64,000 nt of DNA from Candidatus Omnitrophota bacterium (GTDB lineage Bacteria > Omnitrophota > Gorgyraeia > Gygaellales > Profunditerraquicolaceae): the NCBI GenBank assembly GCA_043814315.1, contig JBDRKE010000010.1, positions 2,896 to 66,895 of the forward strand. Reading direction: 5' to 3'. Positions within the stretch are counted from its first letter, which is position 1. Every line of letters begins with the position of its first letter. Made by a program: the position numbers and the translations under genes. The notes beneath the pieces are model-generated. The model was not told the DNA's origin, did no database searches, and was given only the letters and a program-made list of their open reading frames with translations. Of the stretch, positions 41,489 through 50,121 are shown one piece after another.

Positions 41489-42730
41489 ATGAAAAATATC
41501 CCGCAGGATGAATTTAAAGCCCAGGAGAGAATAGGATTTGAGATTTCCAAAAAGCTCCTTGAGCAGGATCCTTTGGTGCGTACGGTAGCTGAGATTATCA
41601 GCGACGGCATCTCCAAGCGCGCCAGCGATATCCTCATTGAGCCCTTGCAGGATCAACTACAGGTCCGTTATCGCATAGATGGAGTGCTCTATAAAAACCT
41701 ATCTTTAGACAAAACCTTGCATGAAGGGGTTATCAGTAGGATTAAAGTCATGTCTGGATTAGACATCAGCGAGCACCGTCTGCCCCAGGATGGCCGGTTT
41801 AAGATGGTTTTCTCTGAGAAAGAAGTAGATACGCGGGTTTCCGTTATCCCGACGCACTTAGGAGAAAAGATTGCCTTGAGGGTACTTGATAAAGAAACCA
41901 TTATTCTTGATATCGCTAAGTTAGGCCTGGACACGCGCTCCTTAGAATTATTCAAGCGTAATCTCCATAAGCCTTATGGAATGATCCTTGTGTGCGGGCC
42001 CACCGGTTCCGGCAAGACCACTACACTCTACGCGGCTTTAAAATACATTGATTCTATTGAAAGAAATATTGTTACCGTAGAAGACCCTATTGAATACCAG
42101 ATCAGCGGCATCAATCAAGTGTCCGTTCGTGAGGATATCGGCTTGACCTTTGCCTCGAGCCTGCGCTCTATTTTAAGACAGGACCCCAATATCATTCTCG
42201 TAGGAGAGATCAGGGATTCTGAGACTGCAGATATCGCCGTCAAAGCCGCTTTAACAGGCCACCTGATCCTAAGCACTCTCCATACCACCTCTGCCACAGC
42301 CTCCATTATCAGGCTGGTCAATATGGGGGTTGAGCCTTTCCTGATTGCCTCCAGTTGTCTTTTAATGGCTTCGCAAGTTCTGGTGCGCGCACTCTGTCAC
42401 CAGTGCAAAGAGAGCTACCATCCTCCGGAAATGTTCCTGAATGAACTTAAAAACCTTAATATCGAAGTTCCGAATGACCTGGTGCTTTACCGGCCCAAGG
42501 GCTGTAGTTTCTGCAGTCAGACAGGATTTAAGGGCAGGGTGGCGATTATGGAGAGCTTAGAGATAACCAATAATATAACGGAATTGATTATTAAAGGGGC
42601 TTCGGAAAAGGATTTCAAAGAGAGAGCCAAGGGAGAAGGCCTGAGGACTCTAAGAGAGAATGGCTTAGGGATCGTCCTTAATGGAAAGACGTCCTTTGAG
42701 GAGATTTTAAGAGTGAGTACTTCTACCTGA
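41489..42730 (+). CDS. PilB/GspE-type secretion ATPase core (no N-domain), in frame with the preceding ORF
   Basis: RLPQDGRF, GPTGSGKTTT, DPNIILVGEIRD, TGHLILSTLHT, CHQC...CSFC tetracysteine. Confidence 0.85.
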   Translation: MKNIPQDEFKAQERIGFEISKKLLEQDPLVRTVAEIISDGISKRASDILIEPLQDQLQVRYRIDGVLYKNLSLDKTLHEGVISRIKVMSGLDISEHRLPQDGRFKMVFSEKEVDTRVSVIPTHLGEKIALRVLDKETIILDIAKLGLDTRSLELFKRNLHKPYGMILVCGPTGSGKTTTLYAALKYIDSIERNIVTVEDPIEYQISGINQVSVREDIGLTFASSLRSILRQDPNIILVGEIRDSETADIAVKAALTGHLILSTLHTTSATASIIRLVNMGVEPFLIASSCLLMASQVLVRALCHQCKESYHPPEMFLNELKNLNIEVPNDLVLYRPKGCSFCSQTGFKGRVAIMESLEITNNITELIIKGASEKDFKERAKGEGLRTLRENGLGIVLNGKTSFEEILRVSTST

Positions 42731-42743
42731 TAAAACCTTTAAG

Positions 42744-44435
42744 ATGGACTTGGATAAATTTAAAAAGATTTTACAATCCTTAAAGCTTTCAAAATCGCAG
42801 TTTCCGGTTGACGATACCGCGCAGGTTTTGCAGCCGCATATGAAAGAGGCCCAGGAAGAAGAAAACATGCTCTCTCTGGCCAAGGAGCTTGACATTCCTC
42901 CCATCAGGCTCTCTAAATACCTGATTGATATAAAATTACTGGAATTAATCCCTGAGGAGACGGCACGCACGTATTACATGATTCCGTTGGCAAGACTGGA
43001 GCAGAGAGTGACCATTGCCGTTGTCGACCCGTTTAATATTGTGGTAATTGATATGGCCAAGTCTTTGTTTCAGACGGAGATCTATGTGGTTATTGCGACG
43101 GCCTCGGATATCACCAGGGCCATCAATAAATATTACACTATGCTGTCTCTGGAGGGCCAGCCCGCTCCGGTTGTTTCTTCCCTGTCTTTAAAAGAAGACG
43201 CTGTCAAGATTGAGGCTGTGGTGACTCAAGAGGAGGCAGAGGAAGATATTGTTGAAATACAGAAGAGGGTCCAAGAAGCACCCATCATTCAGTTAGTCAA
43301 TACGATCTTTAGTGAGGCGCTCAAATTAAGAGCCAGCGATATCCATATTGAACCCTTTCCAGAACAGACACGGATGAGATACCGCATTGACGGTATTTTG
43401 CATGAGATGCAGGCGATCCCTAAAGACTTGGAAAGGGCTGTGATTGCCAGGATTAAGATCATGTCCAATCTGGATATCACTCAGAGAAGGCTGCCTCAGG
43501 ACGGCAGGCTTTCCTTAAACTTAGAAAAAAAAGAACTCGATTGCCGCGTTTCCATCCTTCCCGTGCACTCCGGAGAGAAGGCGGTTTTGCGTTTGTTAGA
43601 AAAAGGGGCCATGCTGATCGATTTGGAAAAGTTGGGTTTTTCTCCCAGCGCTTATGGAGCCTTTAAAAAAGCCGTCACCCAGCCGCACGGCATGATCCTC
43701 TTGACCGGCCCCACCGGCAGCGGGAAATCCACCACGCTTTACGCGATGTTAAATACACTGGACAGGATAGAAAAGAATATCATCACCATCGAGGATCCTG
43801 TGGAGTATCAGATGGCCGGCATCACCCAGATTCACGTAAAGCCCGAAATTAACCTGACCTTTGCCAAGGCACTGAGGTCCATCTTGCGGCAGAATCCCAA
43901 TATCATTATGATCGGCGAAATAAGGGATTTTGAGACCGTTGATATAGCCATGAAGGCCGCCTTGACAGGCCACCTCATTTTGAGCACGCTCCATACAAAT
44001 GATGCCCCCAGCGCCATTGTGCGGCTGATGAATATGCAGGTAGAGCCGTTTTTGATTTCCTACACTTTATTGCTTGTGGCAGCGCAAAGGTTGTGCCGCA
44101 GGATTTGTTCCTTCTGTAAAGAGCCTTATAATTTTCCAGCCGAGAATCTTTTGGGGTTGCCGCCTGACGTCACTCAAAAAATCGTTACGTTATATAAAGG
44201 AAAAGGCTGTGCGCGTTGTAATCATACGGGATACTATGGTAGAATCCCGGTTGTTCAGGCCTTACTGATTGATGATACGATACGGGAGATGATCTTAAAA
44301 AAGGTTCCGCTTATTGAGATACGCGATTATGCGCACACTCAAGGCATGAAAACACTAAGAGAGGATGCGATAGAAAAAGTCCTAAAGGGAGAGATTTCTT
44401 TAGAAGAGGCCCTTCGCATCACGCCTGAGGGATAG
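42744..44435 (+). CDS. pilB: Type IV pilus assembly ATPase PilB (full length)
   Basis: T2SSE_N region (LIPEETARTYYMIPLA), GPTGSGKSTT, NPNIIMIGEIRD, TGHLILSTLHT, CSFC...CARC. Confidence 0.9.
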   Translation: MDLDKFKKILQSLKLSKSQFPVDDTAQVLQPHMKEAQEEENMLSLAKELDIPPIRLSKYLIDIKLLELIPEETARTYYMIPLARLEQRVTIAVVDPFNIVVIDMAKSLFQTEIYVVIATASDITRAINKYYTMLSLEGQPAPVVSSLSLKEDAVKIEAVVTQEEAEEDIVEIQKRVQEAPIIQLVNTIFSEALKLRASDIHIEPFPEQTRMRYRIDGILHEMQAIPKDLERAVIARIKIMSNLDITQRRLPQDGRLSLNLEKKELDCRVSILPVHSGEKAVLRLLEKGAMLIDLEKLGFSPSAYGAFKKAVTQPHGMILLTGPTGSGKSTTLYAMLNTLDRIEKNIITIEDPVEYQMAGITQIHVKPEINLTFAKALRSILRQNPNIIMIGEIRDFETVDIAMKAALTGHLILSTLHTNDAPSAIVRLMNMQVEPFLISYTLLLVAAQRLCRRICSFCKEPYNFPAENLLGLPPDVTQKIVTLYKGKGCARCNHTGYYGRIPVVQALLIDDTIREMILKKVPLIEIRDYAHTQGMKTLREDAIEKVLKGEISLEEALRITPEG

Positions 44436-44440
44436 ACATG

Positions 44441-44625
44441 AGAAATCCCAATTTCCAAATCCCAAATCCCAAATCCCAATGTCCGAAACTTGCCATCTCA
44501 AGATCGGGTCTTGGAATTGGGGTCTTGGAATTGCTTGGTGCAAAACAAGTTACAAGACCCGATCTTGAGCAGAATTGGAATTTGCCTGCCTGCCGCCAGG
44601 CAGGGTGCTTGGAGCTTGGAATTTA
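44441..44625. repeat. Composite repeat: family-2 arms enclosing a family-1 hairpin and a GCCTGCCTGCCGCCAGGCAGGG core
   Basis: AATCCCAA words at 44441..44480, family-1 stem at 44498..44568 with an internal GGGTCTTGGAATTG duplication, core at 44584..44606. Confidence 0.8.
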
Positions 44626-44644
44626 ATCAATATTCGACTTTAAA

Positions 44645-45859
44645 ATGGCTATATTTAAATACACCGCCGTTGATTATGTGGGCCGAAAGGTGCATGGCCG
44701 CATCAAGGCCAAAGACAGGGCCAGCGTCGTTAGCACGTTAAGAAAAGGCCAGCTTTACATTATCTCCATTGTCGAGATAGATGAGAAAAAGGCATGGCTC
44801 TTCGCACAAAAGAGAATGGTCAGGCCTGAGGAGCTCATGGTTTTTTCCCGGCAGTTATCAGCTTTGGTTAAAGCTGGAATCCCCTTGGTCAAAAGCCTGA
44901 ATACCCTTTTTAATCAGGTAGAAAATCGCCATTTCAAAGAAATCATTTCGACGATCTTCACCGATATCGAAGCCGGCAAGAGCTTATCGGATGCCTTGAG
45001 TTCGCATCCTGAAACCTTCCCTCCTTTATATATCAACTTGATCAGGGCAGGGGAGGTCAGCGGTGCCCTGGAAGTCATTCTCGAGCGTCTCTCCAGTTAT
45101 CTGGAAGGGGCCACGAAACTCAACCGCAAGGTAAAATCCGCTTTCATTTATCCGGCCGTTGTCTTGGCCTTTGCTTTTTTAATCACCGCCCTGATTCTTC
45201 TTAAAGTGATACCGAGTTTTAAAAATATCTACGATCAGATGGGTGCCCGATTGCCTATTCCGACACAGGTCGCGATTAAATTCAGCGATTGGACAAAACA
45301 GTATTTTCTGGTGTTCCTGGTTGCCACGCCCTTGCTCTTTTTTCTCTTTAAGTTCCTCATGCACCAACCCGCCTTTCGTCTGAAATGGGATAAATTCAAG
45401 CTTAATATGCCCGTGTTCGGGTTGCTCTTACGTAAAGTCATTATTGCGCGCTTTGCCCGGACCCTGGCCACACTTTTAAGGAGCGGGGTGCCTATTTTTT
45501 CGGCTCTGGATACCGCCAGTAAAACTTCAGGGAACAGGGTGGTGGAGATGACCTTGGAGCAGGTCAGGATGCAGGTTAGCAAAGGTGAAAAAATCGCCGA
45601 TTCCCTTACGCAATCCAACGTTTTTCCTCCGCTTGTCGTCAATCTCATTGCCGTGGGTGAAGAGACAGGGGAACTCCCCGGGATGCTGGAAAGGGTGGCT
45701 TTATTTTATGAGGATGAGGTGGATAGCTCCGTATCGGGCCTGACGTCCTTAATTGAACCATTTATCATCATTTTTTTAGGGGTGGTTATCGGTGGGATAG
45801 TCCTGGCGATGTTTCTGCCTATTCTGCAATTGACCAGACTGGTAGGTGGGGCAAGATAA
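44645..45859 (+). CDS. pilC: Type IV pilus platform protein PilC (T2SS F family)
   Basis: Duplicated T2SSF architecture, three TM segments, 404 aa. Confidence 0.9.
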   Translation: MAIFKYTAVDYVGRKVHGRIKAKDRASVVSTLRKGQLYIISIVEIDEKKAWLFAQKRMVRPEELMVFSRQLSALVKAGIPLVKSLNTLFNQVENRHFKEIISTIFTDIEAGKSLSDALSSHPETFPPLYINLIRAGEVSGALEVILERLSSYLEGATKLNRKVKSAFIYPAVVLAFAFLITALILLKVIPSFKNIYDQMGARLPIPTQVAIKFSDWTKQYFLVFLVATPLLFFLFKFLMHQPAFRLKWDKFKLNMPVFGLLLRKVIIARFARTLATLLRSGVPIFSALDTASKTSGNRVVEMTLEQVRMQVSKGEKIADSLTQSNVFPPLVVNLIAVGEETGELPGMLERVALFYEDEVDSSVSGLTSLIEPFIIIFLGVVIGGIVLAMFLPILQLTRLVGGAR

Positions 45860-45868
45860 GGAAGCGAC

Positions 45869-48700
45869 TTATGAGCCCTGGGTTTGGCTGTTGAAATAGC
45901 TCTGTGTGATAAATCTCCAGATAGAATTGCCGGTTACGCCTAATGTCGCTGCGTAATTGCTTTGCAGGGGCACGGCACTGCTGAGTTTACTGTCATAGAC
46001 CAAATACCGGTCAGGGGATGAGCCTCCTAAGCGAGCGCCGTTCGATTGAATATAGGAGGAACTCGGCGCTAAGCGGCCCCTATAATTCCAGGTGGCCTCT
46101 GCAGCATCTAAGGCTGCCATGTAATCCGCATACTCCGGATGGTCATCGTCAATAGCATATAAGTCTAAGATAGTGCCGGTAATATACTTATTGGCCTGCT
46201 TTTCTTGATCACTCGCGTTAATATAATACCAGTTTTCCAACGAATCGTTGAGAGGGTAAGAAGTGATAAACAGAGAGGTGTAGTGGTATTCTGTTTTGTC
46301 ATTATCGGTGTCTTTATCCGTCAGGTCAGCCACTCGATTGACAGGTTTTATCTTTTTGGCATGCTGGCTTTGCTTCTCGTCCACTGTTTGTGTTATCCAG
46401 GTCTGGACATCGCTGGGAAGGTAACTTTCATTGCCCCGCAGCCACTTTCCGTTCCCTAAGGCAGGGTTCCCCTCTTTCATAAGAAACACAACTTTACCGC
46501 TAGACGTATCCGCCTTCACATAGACATAAGGGTAATCTGTATAGACGGCAAAATCAGCCAGGCGAGAATCATCAAAGTTATCGGAGAGCGTGTAAACAAC
46601 CTTTTGAGTCGCAATATTGGATATTTTCCAATTGGCATCATTTTCTTCAGGGGAAGCCTTGGAATCATAATTATAGTCTCCTTTTAAATAGACGCTTTCT
46701 TCCGAGATCACCGTAAATACGGCTTTTCCTCCGCTAGAATTCTGGCCAGGCAAGGTTTCTGCATTGGAAAAACGTATGGGGAATTTCGTGTAAAGGATGC
46801 CATTGGAGGGCGCATTGCCTTGTTTATTCATTTCCCCGATATCGATATCGATGACTGTGATGGGTTGGCTGGTCTGCCAGTTGTAAAAGGTAACTTTTTT
46901 GGCGATCTCCTGTTTGGAGGCGTTCAAATTTTGTATGACCGCATCCACGTTATCCTCATCTATATAAATCCCCTGCGCCTGAGCGCTCACTTTGTACATG
47001 CTGTCCTTTGAGCCGTCGTCAAATAAACTTTTTGAATAGTCTTCGCTGACCTCACTTCCCAAGAACACCTCTTTTCTCTGTGTATTCGGCAGGATAACCC
47101 CGCTCATGTAATCCCTGGCTAAGAGAGACGCGTATTGCGCAAAACCCTCCAGCTGCCTGGTAGCATCAAAGGCGCGTATCTGCCGATAGGGATTCTCAGG
47201 GTCATTGGCATCTTCTCCGTAAGTATAATTGGAGAAAAACTCCGGATTGTGGTCATAGTCTTTTGGGACGATATGGTCATAATAGGGTGCGCCATTATAG
47301 ATATAATCCTGGGCTTTTACATATTGGGCGCCAGGATTATTATAGCAGGTATCATTCGTACAGGTTGCGCCATCAAGTTGTTTAAGATACCTCCAGCCGG
47401 TTGAGGTGTAGCTAGGGTCATCGGGTTTGGGTGCGTATTGGCAGCCGGCGCTGCTTCCAGCGCATTCTTGCGTCGTATAAAAAGTAACCGGCGTCTCCGT
47501 GCTGTAAGCATTAGCGTATTTTTGCCAAGGATATGTCTGGGGTAGGGCACCGGGCAGTTCATACCAGGTATTTTCATTAAGATTACCCCAGCTATCTTGA
47601 TAAGGTTGGAAATAGACATTCCCGTATAAATAATCTCTTGCGCCTAATCTTTCCGTTATGCTCAGGCTTCCGCCGGCAAGATCCGATAAATAGAATCTTA
47701 CCACGTTAGCCTGCTGGTCCACAGGGGGTTGTCTACTCTGGTAATTTCCATCTTTTTTCAAATAATAATTTCCCGAGGTCGGGTAGGACGTTTCATAATA
47801 CTGGTTGCCGTAAAAAAAGTTTTCTTCACCCCTGGCAATGGCGGGTACGTTATTTCCCCAACCGCCTCCCACCCAGCTGCCGTAGGATTTCCAGGCCGGA
47901 TAATAGTAGGGCGTGCACACTCCGCTTACACAGACATTTTGCCGCGCCCAGTACTTAAAAGGCCCTGGCGTAACGGAGGTGTTATCAGTCGTATAATAGT
48001 GATTGGATTCTAAGGAAGGGGCAGGGGCCATTCCGTCCACAGCGCCGTCTAGACTGTCAATATAATGCGGAGCCGGATAAAGGTTGGATTGCGCATATTT
48101 GATGGTTCCGCTGGTCGACAACTGCATGATTTGGCCAAGGCGGACGTAATTGCCCTTAAAGGTGACATCTCCGTTAATATGTATCTTTCCGCCATTGCAG
48201 GGAATAAGGCTATCATAGCCGGAGAGCGGAAAGTTGGTGTTTGAATTCTTAAACATCACGTATTGATAAAGGGGAGAATTGGGATGATAGATGAATTCTG
48301 AATATTGCGAGTTCTGCGGATTGTCCTCTGCGCCTTTAAAGGCATGCATATACATATTGATAGTTCCCGAGTATGTGACGTAAGCGCGGAAATTAAATCC
48401 GGGCAATCTGTAAAAATGGTCGGAAGAAGAGATGCCGGCTCCCTTGAGGCGGCAAACCGTGTTGGAAACGGTATTCCAGCTCATCGGCGGAAGGGCATGG
48501 AGCTCTTCCCATAAACAGGCGGTTTTTGCCGCCTCCAGATCGTACGACGTCTGCATGTCACTGGCAAAACGCCTTTGCAGGAGGCTGTTGTTTATATAAT
48601 AATTCCAGGAGACCTCGGCAAAAACAACCAGAAAGACGAGCATGAGAAGAGTGATAATAATGGCTATGCCTTTATTGTTGGTTTTTCTTGTTTTTTTCAT
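45869..48700 (-). CDS. Giant PilX_N-type pilus-associated protein (943 aa), Tyr/Asn/Trp-rich putative tip adhesin
   Basis: N-terminus KGIAIIITLLMLVFLVVFAEV resembles the PilX N-terminal anchor. AGGAGA RBS. Last gene of the minus-strand pseudopilin operon. Confidence 0.65.
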   Translation of the reverse strand: MKKTRKTNNKGIAIIITLLMLVFLVVFAEVSWNYYINNSLLQRRFASDMQTSYDLEAAKTACLWEELHALPPMSWNTVSNTVCRLKGAGISSSDHFYRLPGFNFRAYVTYSGTINMYMHAFKGAEDNPQNSQYSEFIYHPNSPLYQYVMFKNSNTNFPLSGYDSLIPCNGGKIHINGDVTFKGNYVRLGQIMQLSTSGTIKYAQSNLYPAPHYIDSLDGAVDGMAPAPSLESNHYYTTDNTSVTPGPFKYWARQNVCVSGVCTPYYYPAWKSYGSWVGGGWGNNVPAIARGEENFFYGNQYYETSYPTSGNYYLKKDGNYQSRQPPVDQQANVVRFYLSDLAGGSLSITERLGARDYLYGNVYFQPYQDSWGNLNENTWYELPGALPQTYPWQKYANAYSTETPVTFYTTQECAGSSAGCQYAPKPDDPSYTSTGWRYLKQLDGATCTNDTCYNNPGAQYVKAQDYIYNGAPYYDHIVPKDYDHNPEFFSNYTYGEDANDPENPYRQIRAFDATRQLEGFAQYASLLARDYMSGVILPNTQRKEVFLGSEVSEDYSKSLFDDGSKDSMYKVSAQAQGIYIDEDNVDAVIQNLNASKQEIAKKVTFYNWQTSQPITVIDIDIGEMNKQGNAPSNGILYTKFPIRFSNAETLPGQNSSGGKAVFTVISEESVYLKGDYNYDSKASPEENDANWKISNIATQKVVYTLSDNFDDSRLADFAVYTDYPYVYVKADTSSGKVVFLMKEGNPALGNGKWLRGNESYLPSDVQTWITQTVDEKQSQHAKKIKPVNRVADLTDKDTDNDKTEYHYTSLFITSYPLNDSLENWYYINASDQEKQANKYITGTILDLYAIDDDHPEYADYMAALDAAEATWNYRGRLAPSSSYIQSNGARLGGSSPDRYLVYDSKLSSAVPLQSNYAATLGVTGNSIWRFITQSYFNSQTQGS

Positions 48701-48782
48701 AGATTCTGTCTCCTAAAAAAGTGTAGCATATGAAAATAGCAAATTCAAGCCTATTTTACCTTATGAAAATCAATAAGTTAGA

Positions 48783-48840
48783 TCAAGATCGGGTCTTGAA
48801 ATCGATTGGTAAGTAATGAGTTACAAGACCCGATCTTGAT
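48783..48840. repeat. Family-1 hairpin copy
   Basis: TCAAGATCGGGTCTTGAAATCGATTGGTAAGTAATGAGTTACAAGACCCGATCTTGA. Confidence 0.8.
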
Positions 48841-48878
48841 GCATGTTGAGAGAAAGGAAAAGAAGGCGAGGAAAATGA

Positions 48879-49454
48879 CTAGTTACGAGGGGTGATCTTA
48901 ATAGTGGTATTATAAGTGATATTTTCAGGCAAGGATATGCCTTCATAACTGCCGATGGAAAAATTAAATGATAATTCGTATTGAGTAGGAGTCGGGTGTG
49001 TGACTGTAAAATTGGAAAGGTTCCGTGCAATCACGCTTGTGGCTCCAGTAGGATTTCCCGCTACATCAACAATCTGTCTTTCCAGCTGGGTGCCGTTTCG
49101 GGCATAAGAGATGTAGTTGGTAAATGATTGGTCAGCGCCAAAGGAGATTTCTCCTCCTATTTGGATGATTAATTGGCCGTTGGCATCTACAAGAGGAGTC
49201 TGAAATCTTATGGATCCGGCATCCCAATAAATATTTGTCGATTTAGCCTCCAGGAGTTCGCGCATGGTTTTTGAAATAGCCAGCCTTGCCTGAGAATTGA
49301 TATAGATGGCGGCTCCAGCGACAGAATTGGAGGTGCGGCTTGAGACAGTCGAGATTATTACCAGGTAGGTGATTATCGTAAAGACCGCCAAAGCCACCAG
49401 AAGCTCCATCAGGGTGATAGCCGTAGAACCTAACGCTCGGTGTTTCGGTCTCAT
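48879..49454 (-). CDS. Prepilin-type N-terminal domain minor pilin / pseudopilin
   Basis: GSTAITLMELLVALAVF: ITLMEL places Glu at +5 if cleavage follows Ala. Confidence 0.7.
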   Translation of the reverse strand: MRPKHRALGSTAITLMELLVALAVFTIITYLVIISTVSSRTSNSVAGAAIYINSQARLAISKTMRELLEAKSTNIYWDAGSIRFQTPLVDANGQLIIQIGGEISFGADQSFTNYISYARNGTQLERQIVDVAGNPTGATSVIARNLSNFTVTHPTPTQYELSFNFSIGSYEGISLPENITYNTTIKITPRN

Positions 49455-49470
49455 AATATTTCTTTGGCTT

Positions 49471-49977
49471 CTAATGCCGCATAATCAAAGTGGATAACTG
49501 CGTCTCAGAGTTTATTTTTCCGTCACTATTAGTATCTTCTTGGGAATCCAATGCCCCATTCAGATTCCGGTCCTCTCCTATAATGGTGTTACCTGACTTA
49601 TAACAGACGACCACCTCGACCTTCACTAGGTCCGAAAGGACGTTATCATCCGCATCGCGCATCCTTTCCACATAATAAACCCCTGATATATCTTCACCCT
49701 CCGGTACTATTTCGCTCTCTTCCGGGAACGAATTGCGCCTTGGATTTTCTTCGCCCGGGATATAGGCAGCCGGAAGGAGGAAGTTAAGAAAATCAGAATT
49801 CTTGAGGTATTCCATTCCATTCTGGCATATTTCCCAGGACTTGAGGCTTTGCGTATCCTGGGCGATACCCCAAAAGATTCCGGGATAAAGGGAGGCCAAG
49901 GCTCCCACGGCCACGACCATAATAAAAATAGCGACGAGCACCTCCAAAAGACTTAATCCTCCCTGATTTCTCTTCAT
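49471..49977 (-). CDS. PilV-like minor pilin with a C-terminal Ca-binding-like loop pair
   Basis: MKRNQGGLSLLEVLVAIFIM (G/LSLLE prepilin motif), then DRNLNGALDSQEDTNSDGKINSE. Confidence 0.8.
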   Translation of the reverse strand: MKRNQGGLSLLEVLVAIFIMVVAVGALASLYPGIFWGIAQDTQSLKSWEICQNGMEYLKNSDFLNFLLPAAYIPGEENPRRNSFPEESEIVPEGEDISGVYYVERMRDADDNVLSDLVKVEVVVCYKSGNTIIGEDRNLNGALDSQEDTNSDGKINSETQLSTLIMRH

Positions 49978-50121
49978 AAGGACCTCACTTGTAGTGTATC
50001 ATATCTGTGTCATAAATCAACCGTGGTACTGAGCACTTCGCTTTCGCTCAGTGTCCTTCGGCGAAGTGTCCTAAGCCTGCCGAAGGAAGCAGCGTTCACC
50101 CTTTCCCCCTTCATGCAGGTC

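Noticed and set aside
44438-44741. Tracked ORFs 44438..44626 (62 aa) and 44490..44741 (83 aa) between pilB and pilC.
   Set aside because: They lie entirely within the composite family-1/family-2 repeat. They give low-complexity translations (NPNFQIPNPKSQ...) and have no convincing RBS. The second one overlaps the well-supported pilC start.
45857-45871. The convergent pilC and giant PilX-like genes end only 9 bp apart, with no terminator hairpin between them.
   Set aside because: This is real in the sequence, but tight convergent packing is common in compact genomes. I have no evidence of functional significance.
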